Of a DNA stretch of 64,000 bases, positions 18,953-28,456 are shown piece by piece. A program made the translations under genes and the position numbers. Below the pieces are notes generated by a model, which saw only the letters and a list, made by a program, of their open reading frames with translations, did not search any database and had not been told where the DNA came from. Source of the stretch: Escherichia phage phiWec190; the sequence record LC739539.1; one strand, given 5' to 3'. The first letter of the stretch is position 1. The number at the start of each line of letters is the position of its first letter.

Positions 18953-19555
18953 TTAAGCCCACCATGCGTCTAAGTTAAGATTACTGTCTACTACCACTTG
19001 TTCTACATGGTAGCCCTTTATTTCAACACCATTTGTCAGAAGCATATCATAAGCTTTCTTGAACTGCAACTTATCTTCTTCGGTATACAGACGGGCATTA
19101 TAGAAACGATAATCCACCTCTTCTGCATTAGAAGAGATACGGAAGAAGCCAGTGTCAATCTCCGGCATAGAAGCAGGAGTCTTGATGTGTACCTCTCCGT
19201 AGTGCTCTTTGCTTAGGTTCATCTGCATTACATGTTCTACATCCTTGAACATTTGTTCCAGTTTATAGCGTAACACTTTGAAGCCAGCAGCTTTTAACTT
19301 TGCCACACATTCCAACATCAAGCCTGTGTCAATGCCACCCTGATACTTAGTTAACATACGATCGCGTTGTGATTGCGTGTCACGATGTAGATCGATAGTT
19401 GTGCATTTTGCACCGATAATCTTTGCTGCTCGCATAAGCTCTTCACTACTTACCTCGGCTAAGGTCAGATGAAAGTGTGCTTTCCAAACTTTGTCTACTG
19501 GTACACCAAAAACTTCATTACCAGTGCGAGGCATATTAACGATCAGTTGTTGCAT
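18953..19555 (-). CDS. hypothetical protein (200 aa)
   Basis: ORF track; within Macro/PRTase/HAD block. Confidence 0.5.
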   Translation of the reverse strand: MQQLIVNMPRTGNEVFGVPVDKVWKAHFHLTLAEVSSEELMRAAKIIGAKCTTIDLHRDTQSQRDRMLTKYQGGIDTGLMLECVAKLKAAGFKVLRYKLEQMFKDVEHVMQMNLSKEHYGEVHIKTPASMPEIDTGFFRISSNAEEVDYRFYNARLYTEEDKLQFKKAYDMLLTNGVEIKGYHVEQVVVDSNLNLDAWWA

Positions 19556-19567
19556 TGTTAGTCTCCT

Positions 19568-19801
19568 TTAGAATGGCAGTCGTTGAAGTTCGTCACCGCC
19601 GATGCCAAGTAGATTAGCAATATCTCGATCAGAAAGCAACTCTTTTCTTTGTAAAATATCAATCAGGGTACAAATAACCTCACGAGTGTCTCGATCGCTG
19701 TCCATAATCAGCTTCCCAGCCGTTCCTACTTCGTTTTTCACTGCAAAATACGTAACCATATCACCTCCAAAGAAAAAGGGCGCAGAGAGCGCCCTATGCA
19801 T
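19568..19801 (-). CDS. hypothetical protein (77 aa)
   Basis: ORF track. Confidence 0.4.
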   Translation of the reverse strand: MHRALSAPFFFGGDMVTYFAVKNEVGTAGKLIMDSDRDTREVICTLIDILQRKELLSDRDIANLLGIGGDELQRLPF

Positions 19802-21333
19802 TATTTAGAAAGGAACTGTCGTCCCATCAGCTTACCACCTTTAACGGCAGTACCATCATGACCTTGGTAATCCCAAGAACCGTCGATGTTAGCTAAGAAG
19901 TTATCACGGTGTCCATTCTCTTCAATCACCACCGCGAGAAGCAGATTGCTGTCGATCTCGGAAACAACAGACTCAACAATACCTTCTGCAATATTACGCG
20001 CATATTGGATATACACTTTCTCGCCTGTAACCTGCACACTGTCCACATTCTTAAACATGTAGGTTTGTTGTGTGGTGTAGAGAATACGCACAACTGGCTT
20101 CTTGCCTACAGGAGGTTTTTGGCGAGTCTTGCGATAACGTGGTTTAGGTGCATATACCGGAGCAACCACATCATCTCGAACAGCCCCCACTTTAGCTACA
20201 CGCGGAACAATCATGTATTTCACCAGATCCCAATTATCAGGATGGTTCTCATCGACTCTCCAACCCATGTCGTCGGCTGGGCCTGTGAAAGTTTGCCCGT
20301 TACGGCAGACGATCTTCACGTAAGGATTACCCTCTGGAGGGAACCCAGGGTTCGGAAGGTATTCTTCCACATATTCTTCAACTTCAAAAGTATTCTCTTC
20401 CACTTCTTCTCCTTCTTTTGTTAAGTCAGCAATGATATCTTCCAATGATTTCTCGGTATTGTCAATACCTAAATGTTTCAAAAACATCTCGATAAATTCG
20501 TCAACACCTACTTTTGATCCTTGTGGAGAGTTGTGACCATCAATCCCCGACTTAGAACTATAAAAAGAGTAGTGTTCGGACAGACCACGACTGTAAGATA
20601 GGAAGTGTTCAGCATCTTTCCAATATCCTTCACCAGTAACTAAGCTGAAAATCTTTAAAAGAGACTCCACTTGACTTGTGGAGATCTTTCTGGTAGGTAC
20701 GCACACTTCGTGAATAGATCGCCCTGCCACTTTAGCTAAAATAAGATCTAACATTTCTTCTCCATCAATGATTTCTGGTTTTGTCCCTAAGCGTGGAATA
20801 TTTTCATAGGCGATAGAATCCACCCCTAAAACTTCAGAGAAAATAACAACGTCACGCCCACCACGTCCTTCTTCCCAAGCTTTTTGGAGTTGATCGGCAG
20901 TCCAACCATTACCGTAAAGTTCGGCTACAGCCGTATATAAGCGGGAGTTCCCGTCATACAGGCGACTTGCTGCCATACGAAGCGTATCCTTCATGCAGTA
21001 GTAGATAGGCTTCGAATCACACCAGGCTGTCTCCAAAAGCAGATCAATAAAATGTTCGGTAGTGGTAACAGAAGAAACACCTGCTGGCAGATAATCCTCG
21101 GAGTGTGTAGCATCAATACCATTAGACGGATCAAAGAACAAAAACCCTGTCTCTGCGCCTACATCATTACGAAAATCTTCTTCGTTGTCCCACGGACCTT
21201 GCTGAATCTGCTCGCAAAGATCATAGATCTTGGTAAACTCTGCATCTGTCAGGTCTTCTGTGTGGACATAATATTTAACCAATTCTTCCATCGACTTATT
21301 CATAAATAAACCCCTCTCTGTGGTTAAGAGCAA
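19801..21333 (-). CDS. large hypothetical protein (510 aa)
   Basis: ORF track; no motif recognised by eye. Confidence 0.55.
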   Translation of the reverse strand: MLLTTERGLFMNKSMEELVKYYVHTEDLTDAEFTKIYDLCEQIQQGPWDNEEDFRNDVGAETGFLFFDPSNGIDATHSEDYLPAGVSSVTTTEHFIDLLLETAWCDSKPIYYCMKDTLRMAASRLYDGNSRLYTAVAELYGNGWTADQLQKAWEEGRGGRDVVIFSEVLGVDSIAYENIPRLGTKPEIIDGEEMLDLILAKVAGRSIHEVCVPTRKISTSQVESLLKIFSLVTGEGYWKDAEHFLSYSRGLSEHYSFYSSKSGIDGHNSPQGSKVGVDEFIEMFLKHLGIDNTEKSLEDIIADLTKEGEEVEENTFEVEEYVEEYLPNPGFPPEGNPYVKIVCRNGQTFTGPADDMGWRVDENHPDNWDLVKYMIVPRVAKVGAVRDDVVAPVYAPKPRYRKTRQKPPVGKKPVVRILYTTQQTYMFKNVDSVQVTGEKVYIQYARNIAEGIVESVVSEIDSNLLLAVVIEENGHRDNFLANIDGSWDYQGHDGTAVKGGKLMGRQFLSK

Positions 21334-21859
21334 TAGATGCTCGTGGTTCTGCTATGCCTGTGGCATACATATACGGATGACCTTTCGGAGAATTCCTCAT
21401 TCCGAATGACCCTAATTCTAACCCATATTTGTCTTCCACGTCAAACCCTATTTCAGTTTTTACTATACGTGTTTCCAGACTATAATAGGTCCAAAGAAAA
21501 TTACACATATCCTTTGCATATGCTATAGGTCCATGTTTCGGATAAAACTCAATCAATTCCAGTTTCAGAAAGATGTTAAAATGACTTTCATCAAGAACAT
21601 CTTCTGTGCGATAACATGGGGTCAATGCCATATAAGGGTGTTCTGCTACAAACTCAAAACCATCTTTCTCCATCTGGAGGAAGGATTGTTCTGCGCTGGC
21701 AACATAGAATCTCCCATTAGGATGCCCCAAAGGGCGATCCTCTTTACCTTCTGGTAGTGTGTATGCAAGAATATCTGCATCTACCAGGTAAGGTACTTGA
21801 ATCATTTGTGCGTAGCGTCCGTAATAGTGGATCGCATTGGCAATGACTTCCCCATTCAT
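21296..21859 (-). CDS. hypothetical protein (187 aa)
   Basis: ORF track. Confidence 0.5.
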   Translation of the reverse strand: MNGEVIANAIHYYGRYAQMIQVPYLVDADILAYTLPEGKEDRPLGHPNGRFYVASAEQSFLQMEKDGFEFVAEHPYMALTPCYRTEDVLDESHFNIFLKLELIEFYPKHGPIAYAKDMCNFLWTYYSLETRIVKTEIGFDVEDKYGLELGSFGMRNSPKGHPYMYATGIAEPRASIALNHREGFIYE

Positions 21860-22167
21860 GATCTTCCTCCTGTGCGGAAAGCACGTTTGGTAAGATCTGA
21901 CATAGTGATCAAATCTTGCAACGTCATCCCAGGAAACTGTGTCTCCAGCACACCTTCAACAGCACCCACAATATCAGACAATTCAACCAATTGCATAAGT
22001 CTGCAATCCTGTTCGACAGCATCAAAAAGTTCATAAACTTCTTCTTGAATCTTTTCAATACTGCCGTAAGGTTGTTTCTCAATATCTATTAAATGATAAC
22101 CCGCCATATTAATACTCCTCACATCGAATCTGCTTGATCTTACGAGCCAATGCTGCAACCATCTCAT
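21856..22167 (-). CDS. hypothetical protein (103 aa)
   Basis: ORF track. Confidence 0.45.
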   Translation of the reverse strand: MRWLQHWLVRSSRFDVRSINMAGYHLIDIEKQPYGSIEKIQEEVYELFDAVEQDCRLMQLVELSDIVGAVEGVLETQFPGMTLQDLITMSDLTKRAFRTGGRS

Positions 22168-23740
22168 CTTCTTCAGTCATTTTAGGAGATGTGTCTCCCC
22201 CTAATTGCTGCATGGTTAAGATCTCATGCACTGTCTCATTCCACTGCAAACATTTAATACAACGTGTGTGAGCAACATATAGAAGGTTACGTTCAGATTC
22301 TTCCAGTCCTACCCACTCGCGTGTCTTCTTATCATAGTTCGAAGGGAAGTCATTTGCAACGATAACTTGGTCCCATTCCAAACCTTTCGATTTGTGTGCT
22401 GTGGTCAGCGTCACCTTTGCTGTAGGTGAGTTACGGTGCATACGGAGTGTGTACGCAATGTTGTTAGCTTTACCTGAAACAACAATATTCAGTAGACGTT
22501 TAGCGTCTGGATCTGATTCTGCACAATCCACAAACTCCTGCCAGTCTGCATAAGGGAGGACAGTCTCATGCTTCACTTTATCAATATCTCCGCGACGCAA
22601 TGCATTCACACTGTCCACCATAGCAATAAAATCTTTGGTATCAACGTTAATATTGATATCTTCTCCGTTCGCAATACGATCCATTGCATCCATAAGCAAC
22701 GTCAGGTTTTTACGGAAGATGATTGTGTACGGCTTGGAGAAGTCCACTATATCCGAGTGGAAGCTACCTGTCACCGTGTTATACCCTTTCCCTACCAGCG
22801 GATGGGCCAGCGGAGTTTTATCGCTAAGGATCGCATTAGCAATGTCTGCCACTTTAGGACCAAAACGGAAACATGCTGTCAATGGTAATTCTACACCATA
22901 TTGAGCCGTCTCTTTCATCATGTTCTGACTACCTCGGAACTGATAAATACTCTGGAACTCATCACCTACAACCACAATACGACTGGCCTTTTCTGCGTTA
23001 CGCAGGATAGACAGAAACGCAGGGTTAACATCCTGGAACTCATCCCCAAAGATGATATCATACCCTAAATCTTCGCCCGATAGTTCGAACAGTTTCACAT
23101 AGGTGTCATGAGTCATGATCGTTTCCGAGTTAGGATCAATACGCTCACGCCACAATTGTTTTGCATATTTAACGACTTCTGCGATCAGCTTATTCTCATT
23201 CACATTCTTACGTTTAAGGTCAGAAATGTGCATTTTAGGGAAGTGTTTCAAAGAGATATGCTCATCATCTGAAAACTCATATTTAGCCAAAGTTTGTTTA
23301 ACCATTAAACCGATCATAGCACGAGTGACCAAAGTCTTTCCGTTTTTATCAATAAGGTTTTGGATCTTAAACTTCTTGGCGATTTCGCTACCTGTTCCCG
23401 CCACATTCACATATTTTCCTTCAGGACGTGAGAGTTTGTGACGTAAATTTTGCGGAAGCTTCTGATAGCAGATTGAGTGCAGAGTTCGACACTCTACATT
23501 ACTCGGCATCTTACGACGCGCTTCTTCTGCCATGCTTTTGTTGAATGCCAGGTACAGGATGCTCTTGTCTGTGCCATTTGCCAGCATGTATAGGGTAGAT
23601 GTTTTCCCCGAACCAGATTTTGCTTGAATAGTTACAAAACGGTTTTCCCCGAAAGCACGCTCAATAGCAAATTGCTCTTCGGTTGGAGTGAAACTCAAAT
23701 TATTAGACACTAAATCCTCCTTAGTAAAAACTCTTGACAA
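22109..23740 (-). CDS. SF1 DNA helicase, UvrD/Rep-like
   Basis: 543 aa; Walker A QAKSGSGKTS, motif II FGDEFQDVNP, VGDEFQSIYQFRG, TTAHKSKGLEWDQVIV. Confidence 0.75.
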   Translation of the reverse strand: MSRVFTKEDLVSNNLSFTPTEEQFAIERAFGENRFVTIQAKSGSGKTSTLYMLANGTDKSILYLAFNKSMAEEARRKMPSNVECRTLHSICYQKLPQNLRHKLSRPEGKYVNVAGTGSEIAKKFKIQNLIDKNGKTLVTRAMIGLMVKQTLAKYEFSDDEHISLKHFPKMHISDLKRKNVNENKLIAEVVKYAKQLWRERIDPNSETIMTHDTYVKLFELSGEDLGYDIIFGDEFQDVNPAFLSILRNAEKASRIVVVGDEFQSIYQFRGSQNMMKETAQYGVELPLTACFRFGPKVADIANAILSDKTPLAHPLVGKGYNTVTGSFHSDIVDFSKPYTIIFRKNLTLLMDAMDRIANGEDININVDTKDFIAMVDSVNALRRGDIDKVKHETVLPYADWQEFVDCAESDPDAKRLLNIVVSGKANNIAYTLRMHRNSPTAKVTLTTAHKSKGLEWDQVIVANDFPSNYDKKTREWVGLEESERNLLYVAHTRCIKCLQWNETVHEILTMQQLGGDTSPKMTEEDEMVAALARKIKQIRCEEY

Positions 23741-24230
23741 TATTCATTAAATGAAAGGCCCGACTCGCATACGGCTCTCTCAAGTTTGGTGGGAGATGGG
23801 AACGTATATAACGTTCCTGTTTCTCCCATGACCATTTTGTTTTGACTTTTGGTATTGTATCACCTGCATGGTTATTTTCAACTCTTATTTGCACTGTCCA
23901 ATTGGAAGGAAAATGTTCACCACCTTTTTTGAACGGTATGTAGTGACCCAGGGTAAACTCTTTCTTGTTCTTGAGCCTCCCAGCAAGATTAAGGTTGACA
24001 ATCATATTACGGAATACAAAATACTGATAAAGATTGTCAAGAGTATATACAGCGTAGTATGCCCTAAACGCACTATCCCTGCTCATACCTTTGATATCCA
24101 TACGGCACCAGTTTAGGTTTGTAGGATCATAGTTATGAGCATCAATCCACGCCTCCCTTTCTTCAAACTCTGCGTTAACCGCAGATTGTCCAGCAGTGGC
24201 AACGAATAAGGAATCTACGTCAAAGAACAT
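23721..24230 (-). CDS. hypothetical protein, possible HNH-type nuclease
   Basis: 169 aa; LGHYIPFKKGGEHFPSNWTVQIRVENNHAG resembles an HNH core; weak. Confidence 0.35.
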   Translation of the reverse strand: MFFDVDSLFVATAGQSAVNAEFEEREAWIDAHNYDPTNLNWCRMDIKGMSRDSAFRAYYAVYTLDNLYQYFVFRNMIVNLNLAGRLKNKKEFTLGHYIPFKKGGEHFPSNWTVQIRVENNHAGDTIPKVKTKWSWEKQERYIRSHLPPNLREPYASRAFHLMNIVKSFY

Positions 24231-24241
24231 ACTACCTCCTG

Positions 24242-24616
24242 TTATTTCACATCGTGCAGTGCATTACCTACTTTCAGGACGATCACATCATTAATAGCAC
24301 CTTCTCCGTTCAGATCGCTGAACACAGGGGTGACAAAGGTAATGATATAATACGCGTCAACTTGAATCACTGCAATCTTCCCATCAAGCTTTACATCTCG
24401 TCTGAATTTGAAGCCGTATAGCTTCTCTGTTAAAGGTAGATCACCCTCTTTCAACAAAGCCAAATCAAAGATACGATACTTTTCTGACCCGACATAAATG
24501 TACGTAAGCTTGTCTTCTTCATAGTGGTACAGTAGAGCTTGCTTGTCTTGCAAGACGCTTGCACCAAATACATCCACCGCAACAATGTTCTTCATAGATT
24601 CTCCTCCCAGTTCCAA
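24242..24616 (-). CDS. hypothetical protein (124 aa)
   Basis: ORF track. Confidence 0.45.
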   Translation of the reverse strand: MELGGESMKNIVAVDVFGASVLQDKQALLYHYEEDKLTYIYVGSEKYRIFDLALLKEGDLPLTEKLYGFKFRRDVKLDGKIAVIQVDAYYIITFVTPVFSDLNGEGAINDVIVLKVGNALHDVK

Positions 24617-24960
24617 TACCCATCCACAAACGGTGGATTACGTCTATCGTATTCCCTTCTCGCCCATGTCACGGCTGCAACGAGCACATCTCCGTGGCAC
24701 GGTTGTGGCGAGCAAAAGCAGACTACATCTTTACCTTCCAACTCCAACAAATCTTCAAGAGTTATCTTACCAGAACGAATCTGATCCCACAACCACTCTT
24801 TGTATCTTTGAATGGTAGCACCTCTTGGTTCGTCCTCTTTCAGTTTGAACGGGTTGGCAAACTTTGACGCTTTCAACCCGAAGTGGGGCATCGCGCGTCC
24901 AATGTATGTTGCAGTGTCGGGAACAACTTTACCTAAATGGTAGAAGTTCAAGACTTTCAT
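24592..24960 (-). CDS. hypothetical protein with conserved Cys/His cluster
   Basis: 122 aa; GRAMP...NPF...CFCSPQPCHGDVL. Confidence 0.45.
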   Translation of the reverse strand: MKVLNFYHLGKVVPDTATYIGRAMPHFGLKASKFANPFKLKEDEPRGATIQRYKEWLWDQIRSGKITLEDLLELEGKDVVCFCSPQPCHGDVLVAAVTWARREYDRRNPPFVDGYWNWEENL

Positions 24961-24961
24961 A

Positions 24962-25324
24962 TTACCCCAAACACATACGTGAAATTAGACCTTGAATAAG
25001 TTTATCTGCTTCTTCACGATCATAATCAGTATCTTCTATACCGCCATCTTCGTCACGATAAACTTTACCCTCCAGGTAGCCAGCATCGATCAAACCGATA
25101 ATCAAATCGAACTGCCAGCAAGAGTTACCAAAAGGTCGTTTTCCACTGAAACTGTCTTCTTCTTCCCAAAGTGTAGAGAGCAGTCGTCTGAAATATTCAC
25201 GTACAGTAACAGTGCCAAGATCATCATCCTCAAAGACAACATCTAAAGCGTCTGGTTCAGCTTTCTCTACAACAGGCACATAACGTTGACCATTAATAAC
25301 AACATCTACGATTGTTTCTCTCAT
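24962..25324 (-). CDS. hypothetical protein (120 aa)
   Basis: ORF track. Confidence 0.45.
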   Translation of the reverse strand: MRETIVDVVINGQRYVPVVEKAEPDALDVVFEDDDLGTVTVREYFRRLLSTLWEEEDSFSGKRPFGNSCWQFDLIIGLIDAGYLEGKVYRDEDGGIEDTDYDREEADKLIQGLISRMCLG

Positions 25325-25683
25325 TTTTCCTCCTTTTTGTATTCAATGAACATATCTGCATAATAAGCTTTACGTTCTTCAAACTTAGCAGGGTTTATCA
25401 CAATAAACAACACTTTTCGGTTATCTTGTGGTTCTTTGACCGTAATGTAGATTTCTTTGGTGCAATAAAAACCTGTTGCTTTATAAGCGTCGCCCCAATT
25501 ATCTACTCCACGATCTATACGATCAAACTTACAGTTATACTTTTTATCATCCACCTGGTAGACAGCTTCACCACCGTACCAAGTGAAGAATTGGCTACCT
25601 TCCACCCCAATCTTGAAACCGTCACGGGCGGCTGTAGCATTGGTGGCAATCATCAACATCAGGACACAAAGTAGCTTTTTCAT
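25321..25683 (-). CDS. secreted/periplasmic protein
   Basis: 120 aa; signal-peptide-like MKKLLCVLMLMIATNATAA. Confidence 0.5.
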   Translation of the reverse strand: MKKLLCVLMLMIATNATAARDGFKIGVEGSQFFTWYGGEAVYQVDDKKYNCKFDRIDRGVDNWGDAYKATGFYCTKEIYITVKEPQDNRKVLFIVINPAKFEERKAYYADMFIEYKKEEK

Positions 25684-25989
25684 TTAGAATTCCTCTTCAG
25701 TCTTCTGTCGGTTTTTGAAGAATACTACGTCATATACATCTCCGTAACCATCGTTTACAGAGAACATGATAAAACGATCATCTTCTGCTGTTGGTGCGCG
25801 ATGTTCAAGTTCAAAACTTTCAATAAAACCACGCGAATTTACGTAGTAGATTTCATCCTCACCAGAGAACATCCAATCCCTGTCTATCAGATAGAAAGCT
25901 AAACTCACAGGCGACAACTCATCCTTCACAGAATCATTGTACAGCATGTGGGCTGCAACTGCCAAACTTAAAGTCGTATTGTACTGCAT
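25684..25989 (-). CDS. hypothetical protein, paralog of 25989..26408
   Basis: Shared E(I)Y..........ELE(H/Y)R.P...D..FIM(F/Y).VN.G.G....VVF.K. Confidence 0.5.
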   Translation of the reverse strand: MQYNTTLSLAVAAHMLYNDSVKDELSPVSLAFYLIDRDWMFSGEDEIYYVNSRGFIESFELEHRAPTAEDDRFIMFSVNDGYGDVYDVVFFKNRQKTEEEF

Positions 25990-26408
25990 TACACCTCCTC
26001 GTCAGACTCATCTGCTTTAGAGAATACAACATTAAACGTTTCACCGCAACCATTATTTACGAAATACATGATAAAGTTTTCATCTTCGTCTACAGGGCCA
26101 CGGTATTCCAGTTCGTAGCTATACAGAGAACTATTGCTTGTGGCTCCCTGCGGATACCAGAAATAGATCTCATCGAAAGATTTAACCCACTTTAAACCTG
26201 TACGATCCTCAAACACTAACGAGGAAGGATTGTCAGCATCTTTGACAGCTTCTTCATAATCCTGGTGAAACTTGACTGCTGTTGATAATGTGCTCATTAT
26301 GCCTCCTCGTAATGTTTGCAAACAACGTGTCTCCACGTCTTCTTGTAATATTCTCGCTTCGTCATAGCTTCTTGATAAGAGGGAATACGCTGTAACAGAA
26401 GTCTCCAT
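25989..26408 (-). CDS. hypothetical protein, paralog of 25684..25989
   Basis: Tandem paralog. Confidence 0.5.
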   Translation of the reverse strand: METSVTAYSLLSRSYDEARILQEDVETRCLQTLRGGIMSTLSTAVKFHQDYEEAVKDADNPSSLVFEDRTGLKWVKSFDEIYFWYPQGATSNSSLYSYELEYRGPVDEDENFIMYFVNNGCGETFNVVFSKADESDEEV

Positions 26409-26489
26409 TCGCAGTCTACGCCCATACGTCCGTACAAAGCATAACGAACATTATTTTTCTTGTCTTGCATACTCCCTCCGATCAGTTAA

Positions 26490-26687
26490 TTACACTTTTT
26501 CCCAAGTGCCGAATGCACACTCAGGGTAAATCCCCACCTGCATATTACCATTGTCATCTTTGAATGTAAAGCTATTGTTCTCTTTATTCAAAGTGGTAGA
26601 GTAGGTTTTACCGATCGTCACACAACCTGCACTGTGCCCCAGTTGAGTCAGTGACAGACATTTCATTTTTTGTTTCTTCGTAGCCAT
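26490..26687 (-). CDS. hypothetical protein (65 aa)
   Basis: ORF track; candidate leftward promoter at about 26700-26735. Confidence 0.4.
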   Translation of the reverse strand: MATKKQKMKCLSLTQLGHSAGCVTIGKTYSTTLNKENNSFTFKDDNGNMQVGIYPECAFGTWEKV

Positions 26688-26765
26688 TTAAATCTCCTTT
26701 TGTTTAGTGAGATTGCATTCTATCAGAATACAACCTCGTGATCAAGACTTATTTGCAGATTAAGA

Positions 26766-27302
26766 TTATTCTCGGATAGGGCTGACAGTCAGATGCGCTT
26801 TCAAGATTTTCCACACACGATCTTGAGAGAAGGTATCTTGCGGAGAAGTGATCCCCGTATCAAACATAACTGCTAAACCGCCATCTACTTTCTGCCAGAT
26901 AGGAGGCTCACCAGAAGCGTCAGCACCGCCATAGACAAAGAAAGTGCCTTCTGGAATATCCCGCAGGAAGTAAAGCTTAGGTGGCTTCTCTGTGTAAGAG
27001 ATGGTATTCAATGTTCCCAATGTATTTGCCAGGTTGCTATCTGACCCACTCTCTTGGTAGTCACGGATTGCTTGCAAGTTGATAATAGAGTGGAACCAAT
27101 CTTCAGCAGTTTCCAAGCTACGTGGCGCTGGGTAGTAATCCAGGAAGTTGCTATCACCCCAACCGTAAGTTGTAACTGGGCCATGATTACGTGGATAGGC
27201 AGAATACAGGTTTAAGGTGCCATCCTGGTTCTGTGTCATGTATTGAGCATCGTCACGAAGCACACTAAGATCCATAACCATCGCATAGTCTAACAATTTC
27301 AT
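26766..27302 (-). CDS. hypothetical protein (178 aa)
   Basis: ORF track. Confidence 0.5.
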   Translation of the reverse strand: MKLLDYAMVMDLSVLRDDAQYMTQNQDGTLNLYSAYPRNHGPVTTYGWGDSNFLDYYPAPRSLETAEDWFHSIINLQAIRDYQESGSDSNLANTLGTLNTISYTEKPPKLYFLRDIPEGTFFVYGGADASGEPPIWQKVDGGLAVMFDTGITSPQDTFSQDRVWKILKAHLTVSPIRE

Positions 27303-27496
27303 TCTTTATCTCCTAAGTTTAAACAGTTTAAGAAGTCACGAAGGATAATCATTTGTTCTGTAGACAATGAGAGCACACCTTCACCATAAATATCACCAGC
27401 CCATTCAGCAGTAAGATCTAATACGCCAGTCCCAGGGAACCAATCCACAGTGATCCTATTACCATTCGAGTCGGGCAGTATACCATTAATTAACAT
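27299..27496 (-). CDS. hypothetical protein (65 aa)
   Basis: ORF track. Confidence 0.4.
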   Translation of the reverse strand: MLINGILPDSNGNRITVDWFPGTGVLDLTAEWAGDIYGEGVLSLSTEQMIILRDFLNCLNLGDKE

Positions 27497-27599
27497 AGCA
27501 CCTCCTCTATATTATGTTCTTGATCTTACGATCATCTAACGATAAGAACAAGATCTAAGTTTCTGTTCTTCGAACAATCTAACGATAGAAACTATAATT

Positions 27600-27670
27600 A
27601 CTACCCTCTACCCTAACGGGAGGGTAACACTTATACCTCGCTCCCGCTCGGCACTTCGTGGGTAGGGTAG
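27600..27670. other. GC-rich structured intergenic element (long imperfect stem enclosing internal hairpins)
   Basis: CTACCCTCTACCC...GGGTAGGGTAG outer arms, inner GGGAGGG/CCTCGCTCCC; within a 200 bp gap that also has direct repeats ATCTAACGATA(A/G)AAC. Confidence 0.35.
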
Positions 27671-27696
27671 CATACTTCGTATATCAAAGTCAACAA

Positions 27697-27993
27697 CTAT
27701 TTTAAATAATTCTCTATGCTGTCTGGATTGTAGATCGATCCGGTAGTTCCATCATAAAAGTGCAACAACCCTGTTTGGATAGTTACTGTGCGTGCAAGCT
27801 TTGTGCCACGGATGTAAGCATCCATTTCAGAGATACGGTTACGAAACTCTTTTAACGTGGCATCAAAGGCTGAATGAGGCATGTAGGCACGATTGATCTT
27901 GTTACGTTTAAAGCTACGGAAATCTTCGATCAAAAGATTACGTTGATTGTTAAATAGTTTGAGCAGTGTTTTGTGCATAGTGGTAAGGCTCAT
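27697..27993 (-). CDS. hypothetical protein (98 aa)
   Basis: ORF track. Confidence 0.45.
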   Translation of the reverse strand: MSLTTMHKTLLKLFNNQRNLLIEDFRSFKRNKINRAYMPHSAFDATLKEFRNRISEMDAYIRGTKLARTVTIQTGLLHFYDGTTGSIYNPDSIENYLK

Positions 27994-28199
27994 TTGTTAG
28001 TCTCCTCTTCATAAGTTGGTAGTTCATGATATGCGATCACAGGTGCCAAGTCAAAATAAAAATGACCATTGATAACAGCTATCGTGCCATTGCGTGTTTT
28101 GTTAACTTCACAGAATCCCTTCTTACCGTTTGCCATGATTACAAACCACTCTCCGACAGGAACATCCTCGGTGCCAGATACTTTAATCCATCCACTCAT
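27990..28199 (-). CDS. hypothetical protein (69 aa)
   Basis: ORF track. Confidence 0.4.
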   Translation of the reverse strand: MSGWIKVSGTEDVPVGEWFVIMANGKKGFCEVNKTRNGTIAVINGHFYFDLAPVIAYHELPTYEEETNK

Positions 28200-28456
28200 T
28201 TTACTTCCCCTTTGTAATCGGACACTATACCAGGTCTTACTTTTGCCTTAAGATGTTTCAACTCTGCCACAGGAGTTGCCACTTGTATAAGGTTAATAAT
28301 TTCAACCTCGTAGATAGTATACTCATAACCCGCATACTTCCCGATGGAATGCAGGTATTTGATAGCATGTTCAGGTGAATCTGCTTCAACATACCCCAAA
28401 TCTTTTGTAGTGCGGCCTTCACAGTCACCTTCTGTAGTTACGTGATAAAGTGTCAT
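28196..28456 (-). CDS. hypothetical protein (86 aa)
   Basis: ORF track. Confidence 0.45.
   Translation of the reverse strand: MTLYHVTTEGDCEGRTTKDLGYVEADSPEHAIKYLHSIGKYAGYEYTIYEVEIINLIQVATPVAELKHLKAKVRPGIVSDYKGEVK

Noticed and set aside
27600-27670. Possible tRNA gene in the GC-rich structured element
   Set aside because: No T-arm-like GTTCxAxTC motif and no cloverleaf with a 7-bp acceptor stem could be drawn on either strand; kept only as an unexplained structured element.
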